Assembly: GCA_965198235.1 (NCBI GenBank)
Contig: OZ240248.1
Span: forward strand, 1,696,001 to 1,760,000
DNA length: 64,000 bases
Direction of reading: 5' to 3'
Origin: Candidatus Poribacteria bacterium
GTDB lineage: Bacteria > Poribacteria > WGA-4E > WGA-3G
Made by a program: the position numbers and the translations under genes. Numbering within the stretch: the first letter of the stretch is position 1; each line of letters opens with the position of its first letter. The notes under the pieces are model-generated. The model did not search any database. It saw only the letters and a program-made list of their open reading frames with translations, and had not been told where the DNA came from. Positions 40,561 to 50,935 of the stretch are shown in pieces.

Positions 40561-41865
40561 ATGCGCATAGTCGAGGCGGTATCCGTCGGAATATCTGCGA
40601 TTCATAGCAACAAAATGCGTTCGTTGTTAACGATGCTCGGCATTATCATCGGCGTCGCTTCAGTATTAGCGATGATAGCGATTGGTGATGGTGCCAAGGA
40701 GATTGTCCGGCAAGATGTACAGAAGTTAGGTGGGGCAAATCAGTTCTTTGTGCTCCGGTCTCGGCACAAGCGCGTAAACAACCGGCTGGTCCGTATTCGA
40801 CACAATGAATACCTGAAATATGGTGATGTGTTAGCAATTGAGGCAGAATGTCCATCCGTTAGTGCAGCCACACCGCAAATGTGGAACTGGGGAGGCGTGC
40901 TCATCCAAGCTTCAGGCGGCACGGAAACCCGTGCAGGTTGGAACGGTGTAGATGCTAACTATACAACCATAATGGACTGGAACGTTAAAGAGGGACGTTT
41001 TATTACAGATGAAGACGTTAGAAACGCATCAAGAGTTTGTGTGCTTGGAGACGAGGTCGCAACCGCCTTGTTCGGTGATAAATCCCCATTGGGACAAGAA
41101 ATTAAAATCGCACGAGACAGCGACTATCACAACCGGTTTGGCGTAAAAAAAGACGGAAGGCGATACACGGAGCGCTTCACGGTTGTTGGAACATTTGTGC
41201 CGAGAGGGACAAATCTCCGGTTCGGTGTCAGTTTTGACAGCCTTGCCTTTATCCCTATATCAACCAGCCAAAAACGCTTCATTGGCACCGATGAAATTCA
41301 GAATATCACGGTCCATGCACATAACGTCAAGGATGTTCCTAAGGCGGTTGAAGAGGTAAAATCTATTCTCCGAAAACGGCATAGAAATCAAGACGACTTC
41401 ATCTACATCTTTGAGATGCATAAAGGTATGGCGCAGTTAGATAAAATCAGCAGAATCATAAAAATCACCTTAGGTAGCATCGCCGGTTTCTCGTTGTTCG
41501 TCGGCGGGATCGGGATTATGAACATGATGTTAGTTGCTGTTACCGAACGCACTCGCGAAATTGGACTGCGGAAGGCACTCGGTGCCAAACGATTGGATAT
41601 TCTACTACAATTTCTAATAGAGTCAGTGATCATGTGTGGTGTAGGCGGCACAATCGGCGTTGGGTTGGGCATTCTCGCTGGTGAAGGGATGGCGATGCTC
41701 GCCGTCAAAATCGTCAAAATTGTTCCCGAATGGCCCGCTGTTATCTCCATGCAGTGGGTATTGATCTCGGTATCGGTCTCGGCGATAATCGGCATCTCCT
41801 TTGGCTTGTATCCTGCGCTAAAGGCATCATCGCTTTCCCCTATTGAAGCCCTTCGCAAAGATTAG
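40561..41865 (+). CDS. MacB/FtsX-like ABC permease
   Basis: RSLLTMLGIIIGVASV, GGIGIMNMMLVAVTERTREIGLRKALGA, PIEALR. Confidence 0.93.
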   Translation: MRIVEAVSVGISAIHSNKMRSLLTMLGIIIGVASVLAMIAIGDGAKEIVRQDVQKLGGANQFFVLRSRHKRVNNRLVRIRHNEYLKYGDVLAIEAECPSVSAATPQMWNWGGVLIQASGGTETRAGWNGVDANYTTIMDWNVKEGRFITDEDVRNASRVCVLGDEVATALFGDKSPLGQEIKIARDSDYHNRFGVKKDGRRYTERFTVVGTFVPRGTNLRFGVSFDSLAFIPISTSQKRFIGTDEIQNITVHAHNVKDVPKAVEEVKSILRKRHRNQDDFIYIFEMHKGMAQLDKISRIIKITLGSIAGFSLFVGGIGIMNMMLVAVTERTREIGLRKALGAKRLDILLQFLIESVIMCGVGGTIGVGLGILAGEGMAMLAVKIVKIVPEWPAVISMQWVLISVSVSAIIGISFGLYPALKASSLSPIEALRKD

Positions 41866-42331
41866 AATTTGGGACAAGAAAAATATTTAAACCCCCATCA
41901 GCGGTCAGCGGTCAGTAAAGAGACTTTTGTTAAACGATACCCTCTTAACCGACTGCTGACTGCTACTCCTTAGAAAATTGCGTAGGTCCTATCTAATTGA
42001 GAACCCTCTATACCCAAACAGCACCTATGACAGAATAGAATGAAGCTTAAAGAGGACCGCGCAAAACGGCGTAAGATTGTTTGGATTGAATAAAGAACGG
42101 AACCCGGTTAAAATACTGCGTAGTTGGAAAATGAGGAATATTGTTGACTTTCCTTTCAAAAGCGACTTTTTCGCTTCTTTTGCAGAATTATGCACCCTTT
42201 TTTTCTTAGTTCGCGTCACTATAGTGAAGTCAATTGATAGGGTGCCTCTTCGCAATTTGTAACCCTCCTATCTACGAAACATGGAAGTTGTATAAGTTCC
42301 TTTGATAAAATGACACTTCTGGAGATGTCTG

Positions 42332-43101
42332 GTGAGAAACGACGATATTGTATTGATTCAACGCATCCTTGCGGGTGACGCAATTGCCTTTGAGAGCCTG
42401 GTTAGAAAGTACCAGAAACGGGTTCACACGCTCGCATGGCGGAAAATTGGGGATTTTCATATCGCCGAGGATATTACGCAGGAAACCTTCCTGCAAGTCT
42501 ATCAGAAATTGGAAACTCTGGAGGATCCGACGCGGTTTCCAAGGTGGCTTTATGTGATTGCGGATCGCCTCTGTATCGCTTGGCTCCGAAAAAACCAGCG
42601 ACAAACTGAACTGCTGGAAGACACTGACATCTCAGAAATAGAGACAGAGGCGTATTCCCGATATATCGCGACGGAACACGCGAAAACTTTTGCTGAAGCG
42701 CGACGCGACTTGGTAGAAGAGTTGCTTGCGAAGTTGAAGGAAGGCAACCGAAGGTGCGTACAGTTGTGCGGAAAGAACCCATTTTGCATGCGACACAGCG
42801 GATTTCGTCAATCTCAAATCCGAAAACCTTTAAGGTCTGTTTAGAGATAGAGGAGCAACAGATTCGGATTTCGGCGGAAACCCCCGAGCCAAATGAAGAG
42901 TATGAAACATTAGCAGTGGAATCCAGCACGGGGAGTATCCGTATCGGTTTTGATGCGCGGCTGCTGATCGAGACACTCGCGCACATCGGAACGGAGTCTC
43001 TGGCACTGGAGTTCTCGGGGGCGTTGGATCCTGTGATTGTTAGACCGATTGGTGAGGAAGGACATATCTGCCTCATCATGCCGATGCTCTTGAAATCGTG
43101 A
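42332..43101 (+). pseudogene. Chimera: ECF sigma N-terminal part joined (frame offset at ~42752) to DnaN beta-clamp domain III
   Basis: 42332-42751 is ECF sigma2 (AEDITQETFLQVY...WLYVIADRLCIAWLRK); 42754-43101 (IRIGFDARLLIETL...LEFSGALDPVIVRPI...CLIMPM) matches the DnaN C-terminus. Confidence 0.75.
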
Positions 43102-43170
43102 TAGCACCTTCTTTTGAAAAGTTTTTGACAGCTTGTAAGTTATAGCGAAACCCGAAAATATGTAGACACC

Positions 43171-43740
43171 TTGGTGAGCAAAGGTCCCTCTCCTTCGCTG
43201 GCGGGGTTTCTAACCCCGCCTATCCACAATGTCAAAGTAGGGGCACCTCCACTCTATTGGCATCAAGATTGGTACTATTGGAATGATCCAATTAGCTGTG
43301 CGCCTTGGCCTCAACATATCTTTATGAAGTATTATCTTACTGATACAACACCAGAAACCGGCTGTTTAAAGGTTATTCCCGGTACACATCGCAAGCGCAT
43401 TGATTTACACGATCAACTTCTGTATGCAAGCAAACTTGGTAATGTTTTACAGCCAGGATCGGAATCAAAGGAAAAATATTCTGTGATGTTCAGTGACCAT
43501 CCGGATCAGGTGGATGTTTGCGTCAAAGCAGGTTCATTAGTGATACGAGACACACGCCTTCTGCATTCAGTACGAAAAAACTATACGGACAGACGACGCA
43601 CAATGCTTCTCGTATGGACCGCCCGTCCAAAAACCATCCCAGACTATTGGAACGATGAAATTTCTGAACCCGTTTTGAATCGAGATGAAAACAAGGACTA
43701 TCCCAGTTCACAGATCCCCAATGAATTTTTAAAAAGGTAA
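43171..43740 (+). pseudogene. Phytanoyl-CoA dioxygenase (PhyH) family, apparently N-terminally truncated
   Basis: WHQD, GCLKVIPGTH, RLLH; the 5' region is a REP-like hairpin GGCGGGGTTTCTAACCCCGCC. Confidence 0.7.
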
Positions 43741-43759
43741 CGAAAACCTGTAAGAAGAA

Positions 43760-45325
43760 ATGATGTTACGAACGCTAATACGTCAAGAACTCCTGATTCA
43801 TCTGATGAGTGCGCGTTTTTTTGCTGCGGTCGTCATTACACTCCTGCTTGTTGTTGCCAATACGTTTGTCTTGATCGGCGCGTATGAAGAACGTCTCGCC
43901 GACTATAGCCAGAAGGAAGCTGTGAATCGTGAGAATGTCGCGTCGACCTCCACCTATTCGGTCTTAAGGTTAAAGGTTCAGCGTCCTCCCAACCCCCTGA
44001 GTCTCTTTAGTGCTGGCTTAGAAACGCGTTTTGGTAGTGAGATTGACATAGCCTTTGACAGCGTGCCAGCCCTCTCAAACCCCATAGTTGATGTCAGACC
44101 AGAGGAAGAGCAGTGGGCATTTGGCAGCGTACCGTCCCTCTCAAGCCCCGGAGCACCCCTCGGTATAAATAACCCATATCTGCATCTCTTTTCACAGATA
44201 GATCTTGTCTTTATCTTTCAAGTTGTGTTGAGTCTACTGTCCCTGCTTTTCGCTTATGATGCCATTGCCGGAGATTGGGAAACCGGCACCTTGCGTTTGG
44301 TGCTTTCACACCCTGTCGGACGCGGAAGTGTCCTGCTTGCCAAATATATTGCGGCGATGGTTTGCCTGCTACTCCCCGTGTTGATGAGCCTACTGCTCAC
44401 ACTGATTCAGTGTTCCCTGGCGCGTTCGCTGCAATTCAGCACAGATGATTTTCTACGAATTGGCGGCATTGTTTTAACGACAATCGTCTACCTGTCGGTT
44501 TTCTACCTGATCGGTCTTCTCGTTTCCGCTATAACCCGTCGTGCTGCCACATCCCTGATGCTCTGCATGTTCATATACGTAGTTCTGGTACTCGTCTATC
44601 CAAACTGGAGCCGATTTGCCCTGAACCCAATGGGCAACATGCGTGCAGAAAAAATATCCACTGACAGGCGGATAGCGCAGATTCGGGAAGAAGCAAATCG
44701 AGAACGGAATCGGTTCTTGGCGAGTAGTCCGCTTAAGGGAGAACCCCCGATATTTTCAGATACCGAAGGGATTTCAACGCTCTTTAGTGGAGCGGGATAT
44801 TTCTTCCTCGGGGACTTCCCTCGGGTTAACCTTGAATTGAAAAACGCAGCAGCCCCCTTGGCACTACACTTCCGCCGTTATTATGCATTCGCCGCGCCCC
44901 TGCAAATCCGGAGTGCCGAAAAAGTCGGCTTCGTCGGTCAGCAACTGGTGGCGCAGACATCCCTCCGGCAAGCACAGTCGGATGAACGTCTCATGAAGCT
45001 CAGTCCTGCGAGTCTCTACACGTTTGCTACCGCTGCGTGGGCAGGCACCGATTTAGACAGCATGGTGGATTATGTCCAAACCGCGCGGGCATACCGACGT
45101 ACCCTCATTGACACCTTTCATGAAAGAGATACCTTCGGGAGTCTACAGTGGTTTGCCCCGAATCAAGGGAATATAGACTGGTCGATCCTACCTCGCTTTC
45201 ACTTTGAGCGGTCAGAAGTCGGCATCAACGCGCAGCGCGCCCTGCCTGAACTGTTTTTGCTGTTATGCACCAATATCGTCCTATTCATGACGACATTTTT
45301 GATTTTTCTTAAAGTTGAAGTGTAG
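43760..45325 (+). CDS. ABC-2 type transporter permease
   Basis: LLFAYDAIAGDWETGTLRLVLSHPVGRGSVLLAKY; multiple TMs. Confidence 0.85.
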   Translation: MMLRTLIRQELLIHLMSARFFAAVVITLLLVVANTFVLIGAYEERLADYSQKEAVNRENVASTSTYSVLRLKVQRPPNPLSLFSAGLETRFGSEIDIAFDSVPALSNPIVDVRPEEEQWAFGSVPSLSSPGAPLGINNPYLHLFSQIDLVFIFQVVLSLLSLLFAYDAIAGDWETGTLRLVLSHPVGRGSVLLAKYIAAMVCLLLPVLMSLLLTLIQCSLARSLQFSTDDFLRIGGIVLTTIVYLSVFYLIGLLVSAITRRAATSLMLCMFIYVVLVLVYPNWSRFALNPMGNMRAEKISTDRRIAQIREEANRERNRFLASSPLKGEPPIFSDTEGISTLFSGAGYFFLGDFPRVNLELKNAAAPLALHFRRYYAFAAPLQIRSAEKVGFVGQQLVAQTSLRQAQSDERLMKLSPASLYTFATAAWAGTDLDSMVDYVQTARAYRRTLIDTFHERDTFGSLQWFAPNQGNIDWSILPRFHFERSEVGINAQRALPELFLLLCTNIVLFMTTFLIFLKVEV

Positions 45326-45423
45326 AATAGTTGTCGGGCTTCAGCTATCGGTTTTCAGTCAGCCTGGAGGTTAGGTTCAACCGGTGGGGGCCAAGGCGTG
45401 TAAGCCCAACCAGCGGGCGGGCT

Positions 45424-45488
45424 GGATATACGAGGGAAATCGTTCCTTCTACAGCTGTTCTGACCGAACCGCAAGGAAGATTAAAGAA
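45424..45488 (+). repeat. A-type repeat arm abutting a start codon
   Basis: GGATATACG...GAACCGCAAGGAAGATTAAAGAA-ATG. Confidence 0.65.
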
Positions 45489-46273
45489 ATGATTTGGCAT
45501 ATTGTCACACGTGAACTTTTAGACCATCTCACGAGTCTACGCTTTGGCTTAACCACGTTCATCCTTGTAGCATTAATGGTAACCAACGCCGTTGTGCATC
45601 TTCAGACACATCCGGAACGGGTTCGGAAGTATTCTGAAAAGGTTAACGCGTCTCAGACCGAGTTGAAGTCCAGAACGCAGTTGTATGCGCTGTTGCAAAA
45701 GGGACTGCCTTCGACCAAATTAGGAGCGATTTCGTGAATAAATGGGAAACTTTAAGAGAACGCCGTCAATCCGCAGAAACCTTGCAGGAAGAAGTTGCAG
45801 GGGTAGACACTTCAGAATTAGAGATCCAGCGGGAGTTCGTCAACAAAGATATGGAGATTCGGGAGCGGCTTAGCCGCCAGCATCTCGCTGCACAAAGTGC
45901 TCAAGTGCTGCACGCAAGACGGATAACCCGGTGTTCACCCGCTGCGATTGTTCAATACGCGCTTGAATCCATGGCAGGCACAGGCTTTAATCGCCATTTG
46001 CAATTCTTAGAGTCCGCCAATCTTCATATCCGACAGTTCCGAAACTTCATTACTGAAATGGATCGGAGCGATCCGGAGAGTCTTCACATCATAGGGATCC
46101 GGGAAGGCATGTCGAAAACGCCCGTCCCACCAGAGGCTATCCCGATATTTGAGGATAAGTTATCTTTTCAGGATACGCTCGACCCCGCAATGGTAGATAT
46201 ATTATTGCTCATTTTACTGCTCGGTGTATCTCTTACAAGTGCATTCCTCGTTTTCCTGCGTTCAGAGATATAA
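45489..46273 (+). pseudogene. Internally deleted ABC-2 permease paralog
   Basis: N-terminus MIWHIVTRELL..RF and C-terminus SPAAIVQYA..AGT..FLRSEI parallel 43760; the central TM core is missing at ~45703. Confidence 0.75.
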
Positions 46274-46311
46274 GCCACCGTGAGAGGCACAACGAAAAAT
46301 CAAGTGATTTT

Positions 46312-46599
46312 ACCTCCCTCGCTCGAGAACAGGGTGCTTTAGCAGTAGGCGTTGTGACACGTCCATTCAACTTTGAAGGTCGGCGTCGCGCTGAACAAGC
46401 GAAACGTGGGCTGCAGGAACTTCAAGAAAATGTTGATTCTGTCGTTGTTGTGCAAAATCAACGATTGCTCGATTCGATAGAGGCGAAACAGAAACTACCG
46501 ATGACAATACGTGAGGCGTTCCATCTAAGCGATGAAATGCTGCTCCGCGGCGTTGAAAGCAGCATCTCAGAATTCCATTCCAGTACCCTGCGAAATTAA
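46312..46599 (+). pseudogene. Divergent FtsZ GTPase-domain fragment
   Basis: SLAREQGALAVGVVTRPFNFEGRRR..QA..GL.EL.ENVDSVVVVQNQRLL...EAF..SDEMLLRGVE. Confidence 0.85.
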
Positions 46600-46682
46600 C
46601 ATCGGTAGTGCAGCTTTGATGCTGCAAGTTAGATGTTAGTTTGAATATATAATTAGCGTGGAGGTTAACCCTTTAAAAACGC

Positions 46683-46723
46683 TTTGATGGGGATTAAGAA
46701 TTTTATTCTTAATCCCCATCAAA
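46683..46723. repeat. Perfect 19-bp inverted repeat
   Basis: TTTGATGGGGATTAAGAAT-TTT-ATTCTTAATCCCCATCAAA. Confidence 0.9.
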
Positions 46724-46768
46724 TTGTGAAGCCAATTCCTAAAGATGTTCTGAATCGGAGGAAGTTAA

Positions 46769-48823
46769 TTGATGAAAACGCCGAAGTTTACAACGGCAAA
46801 GGCTCGCGTAGCGCACGGGTGTATCACAAACAAACAGGTAAAACAGAAAAATTATTCAATAGTCTTATTCATTACACTATTGTTTACATTAATCACAAAC
46901 TTACAAACCTGGGCTCAAGAAAACACACAGACCGTTCTGAAAGAACTTCCCGCTCTCAAAACAGATCAGGCACCCACCATTGATGGGGTCCTCAACGATG
47001 CTTGTTGGAAAGACGCGCCACAAGCCATCGGTTTCACCGATGAACGCACTGAAAAGCCAGCAAAGAACCAATCGGTCGGTCAGGTCGTTTACACGGACAC
47101 AGCCATCTACGTCGGACTTCACCTCTACGATGATATGCCTGACAAAATTGTGGCGCGTCAGACCAAAGACCAGACGCGAATCCGCGGAGAAGACTGGGTT
47201 TCCTTCAGTCTTGACCCGTTTCACACACATCAGTTTTCTGACAGAAATTTCTTTATCGTAAATCCTCTCGGCACAAAATACGCTCACCTTGCCACGGGAC
47301 GTGCTGAGAGAAGCGAATGGATTGGGCTCTGGAAAACAGCAGCGCAGATTGTGGAAGATGGATGGGTCGTGGAGATGGAAATCCCGTGGCAGATGCTCGA
47401 TTATCCCGACACAACTAAACCTGTTCGGATGGGTATCAACATTGACAGATTGCAACAACGCACCGGTGAACGTTCTTGGTGGTGTGATCTTGGTGTTCAG
47501 GAATTTCGGGAAAACGATGGACACTGGATTGATGTGCTGCCCCCGCCTCGTCAGCGCGAACTCAAGGTGTTACCCTATCTGATTGGCGGTATCAGTGAAA
47601 CGGAAACCGAAGAGAGAGAATATACTGCTCGCGCAGGCGCGGACATCCGTTATGAGGTTACCCCGCAACTGCGACTCATTGGCACAGCAAACCCTGACTT
47701 TGACAATATTGAACAGGCTGTGGAGGGCATCGATTTCTCTTACGGTGAACGCTACGTGCCCGATCGCCGTCCGTTCTTTTCGGAAGGCGGCAACGTCTAT
47801 CGCCTTGGTCGCCTGTTCCATTCGCGGCGGATAATGGATATGGACGGAGGGCTTAAACTCTTCGGGAAAATCGGGAAAAACACCTCAGTAGGCACCCTCG
47901 GCACCTATCACCGGAACAACCAGAACGTTATTCTTCAAGCCACGCAATCGTTAACAGCAACATCCAATATCAGCGCGGCGTTCCTTTCGCATCATCACCG
48001 GGACACCGGAGCGAACAATGTAGGTTATCTTTCTGGAGATGTACGCCACGGTAAATTTACAGTGGGTTCTAACCTCACTCAAACTTGGGCAGACGCATCG
48101 GATGGGAGGAATGGGTTCATCAGCCTAGGCTACAACGGATCGCTCTTCCAACCCTACCTGTCCGCGTTTTTTGTGGATCCGGATTTCGTCAATAGACTCG
48201 GTTACCGTCCGTTCACCGGATACCGTGGTGTAGGTTTGGGTAGCTTCATACAAAACGAATGGCGTGAAGGACTCTTCCGCAGAGCATCCGCTTCTATCCA
48301 AAGCCAGATCTCTAATACTTACGAAGGCGAGGTCTTCCGGCGTGACTTCTATGTATCTTCACTTATCCTAATGCATAGTGACTATGCACTCGCCGCTGGA
48401 TGGAGGGGCGGGCAATTTGAAGAATTCAGCGATAGCGTTTTCAGCATTGGATTCCGTGCACGCGCTTCTGATAGGTTCAACAATGTTGGTATAACCTACA
48501 ATTGGGGTGAACAGGCAGGGGAGACGATTCATCGCATCAGCGGAAATCTAAATCTCCGCGCCTACGACTTCACGGTAGGACTCGCCTCACGCGTCCAATG
48601 GCATTTTGAGAGGCGCTACCAACAGATTCTAACGCTCACATACGACTTCAGTCCCGCCTTAAGCCTCGGTAGTCGACTAATCTGGCAAGCAGAAGGTGTT
48701 AATATCTATTTCGCATTACGCCGTTCTGGCTATGTTGGCACCGATTTTTTCATCATCCTCGGCGATCCCAACGCCTCGGAATTCAAACAACGTCTGATTG
48801 CTAAGGTGATCCGTGCATTTTAG
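46769..48823 (+). CDS. CBM9-like/DUF5916 exported protein with probable beta-barrel C-terminus
   Basis: PTIDGVLNDACW, YTDTAIY, GWVVEMEIPW, NPDFDNIE, DRRPFFSEG; terminal Phe. Confidence 0.75.
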   Translation: MMKTPKFTTAKARVAHGCITNKQVKQKNYSIVLFITLLFTLITNLQTWAQENTQTVLKELPALKTDQAPTIDGVLNDACWKDAPQAIGFTDERTEKPAKNQSVGQVVYTDTAIYVGLHLYDDMPDKIVARQTKDQTRIRGEDWVSFSLDPFHTHQFSDRNFFIVNPLGTKYAHLATGRAERSEWIGLWKTAAQIVEDGWVVEMEIPWQMLDYPDTTKPVRMGINIDRLQQRTGERSWWCDLGVQEFRENDGHWIDVLPPPRQRELKVLPYLIGGISETETEEREYTARAGADIRYEVTPQLRLIGTANPDFDNIEQAVEGIDFSYGERYVPDRRPFFSEGGNVYRLGRLFHSRRIMDMDGGLKLFGKIGKNTSVGTLGTYHRNNQNVILQATQSLTATSNISAAFLSHHHRDTGANNVGYLSGDVRHGKFTVGSNLTQTWADASDGRNGFISLGYNGSLFQPYLSAFFVDPDFVNRLGYRPFTGYRGVGLGSFIQNEWREGLFRRASASIQSQISNTYEGEVFRRDFYVSSLILMHSDYALAAGWRGGQFEEFSDSVFSIGFRARASDRFNNVGITYNWGEQAGETIHRISGNLNLRAYDFTVGLASRVQWHFERRYQQILTLTYDFSPALSLGSRLIWQAEGVNIYFALRRSGYVGTDFFIILGDPNASEFKQRLIAKVIRAF

Positions 48824-49083
48824 ACTCCTTAGTATTTCCACTGCATAATCTTCCAGAAGAGCATTTTGTGAATGCTCCAGAATTGTCCCCACAAAATAAC
48901 TTCTAAAAAATTCAGGTTTTTCCATTTTTTTCAACAAGATGCACGTTTTTTGATCAAACTTTCGTCTTTAATAATAGAACGTGCGAACCGCATCGGACTG
49001 CTTAATTTTACAAAACTCGACATTTGATTTAACCTTTTGACGAATGCAAGCACTCCCCAATTTGTCCATTAGGAGGAAGTTTC

Positions 49084-50788
49084 ATGGAAAGAGAAGACGA
49101 TGTTCAACTAATTCGCAAAATTCTATCAGGCGACGACGCTGCGTTTGGTATCTTGGTCGAAAAGTACCAAAAAAGCGTTCATGCCCTTGCATGGCGGAAA
49201 ATCCAAGATTTTCACTATGCGGAAGAGATTATGCAAGACACCTTCCTTAGGGCATACAAAAAACTTCCGACACTCAAGAATCCCAATCAATTTGCTGGGT
49301 GGCTCTATGTCATCGCAAATCGGCTTTGCATTGATTGGATGCGAAGCCAAAAGTCTGTGATGCAATCCTTGGAGGACACACCTATTGAAGAAATCGAGGA
49401 ATCCTCTTATACACATCATATATCGGAACAGCGGATGACAGAGAGAACCGAGCGTTACCATGAACTTGTGAAAAAACTTTTGGAGAAACTGCCGGAGAAT
49501 GAACGCGCAGTTGTAACACTCTTCTATCTTGACGAAATGTCAACGAAAGAGATCAGCAAATTCGTGGGAGTGTCGGTGAATACAATTACGAGTCGACTCC
49601 ACCGAGCGCGAAAGCGTCTGCAAACAGATCATGGACCCTTGGTTCAAGAATTCTTTGGTCATTCACAATTATCAGATAATCTGAAGGAGAACATCATGAG
49701 ACAATTAGAAGAAATTCGCAGCAAGTTCAATTCATTCATGGAACAAGTGAAAGCTGACCCCGCATCAAGAGAGGATATTCTTAAGGAAGCACACAACGAG
49801 ATTGAAGATGCGCTTAAGGATGGAATCACACCTGGGTTGGTCCATCTTGCTGCCGATGATATATACCCCTATATGGGCAAACTCGGAATGGAAAAACGGA
49901 TCTCTCTACTCCGTAAGTATATGGATGACGCGCTGGAGGATACGGAGCGTTTCTGGGCGCATGACGGGTTAGTCAGTAGTCTCGCTTTTCTTGATAGAAA
50001 TCGAGAAGCTATTGAGGAACACGCTCGGCTTTACCGTTGGACGTGGGCAAGCACTTGCCGGATAAATATGTGTTGGAGACCATGCTTCCAATCTGAGCGT
50101 AGCCGGATGTTGGGCGGCGGAAGATCGTCTTGATGACTGGATTCAACTTTATAATGAAGTCTCTGAACGCTTAGAGAACCCCGGCGTGAGTTACTACAGC
50201 CGTTGCGATTTCCTGCAAACCGGAGCAGATGTCTTACGATGCAACGACAGGTTCGATGAGGCACTCCTTGGAATAGAAAAGTTGGAACGTGCTAACAACG
50301 AACCCGATTCAGAGCATTATTTTCGATTCTGGTTGATTGCCAAAGAAAATCGACTTCTCATGTACGGTAAACAGGAAGATTGGGGGCGTTTCGATCAAAT
50401 TTTTTCGGAAATGAGTGCCTATATGGAAGGAGAGTTGAAGAAACGGGATGCAGGTCAACCCGTAAATCTCAACGACCTTATGTGGTTAGCACACGATATC
50501 GGTTGTTGTCTGTTGTGGTCGAAGAAGTATAACGAGGCGAGACATTTCCTACAAGTCGCCATTGATTTGGAAGATAACAACGATTATGGGCACTTCCAAC
50601 TCGCTGTGAGCATTTGGGCTTCTGAGAAGGATCGTGAGAAGACTTTACATCATTTAAAGATCGCTCAGGACTGCTATGTGGTAAATCCCTATAATCAGGA
50701 TACGTACTACCCGACTTTCCTTGAGACCCCTGAATTTTCGGATGTAAAAGATGATAAAGAGTTTCTGAAGGTTCTGGGACAGACGTAG
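49084..50788 (+). CDS. ECF sigma factor with long helical (TPR-like) C-terminal extension; split by small indels at ~50045-50090
   Basis: Sigma2 and sigma4 in 49084-49620; reading across the shifts gives KHLPDKYVLET and NLSVAGCWAAEDRLDDW...SYYSRCDF into ORF 50186-50788. Confidence 0.75.
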
Positions 50789-50935
50789 GACAGCAATAAT
50801 TCAGGTGATTATAGTAAAACCTGAGAGTCTGTAGGCAATTGTTCAGTGAACGAGGGAAACATCTAAGCAAAACACCCTTATCTCCGCTGGCGACGGTTGT
50901 ATCCTCGCCTATCCCCAATATTCAAGGAGTTGTAT

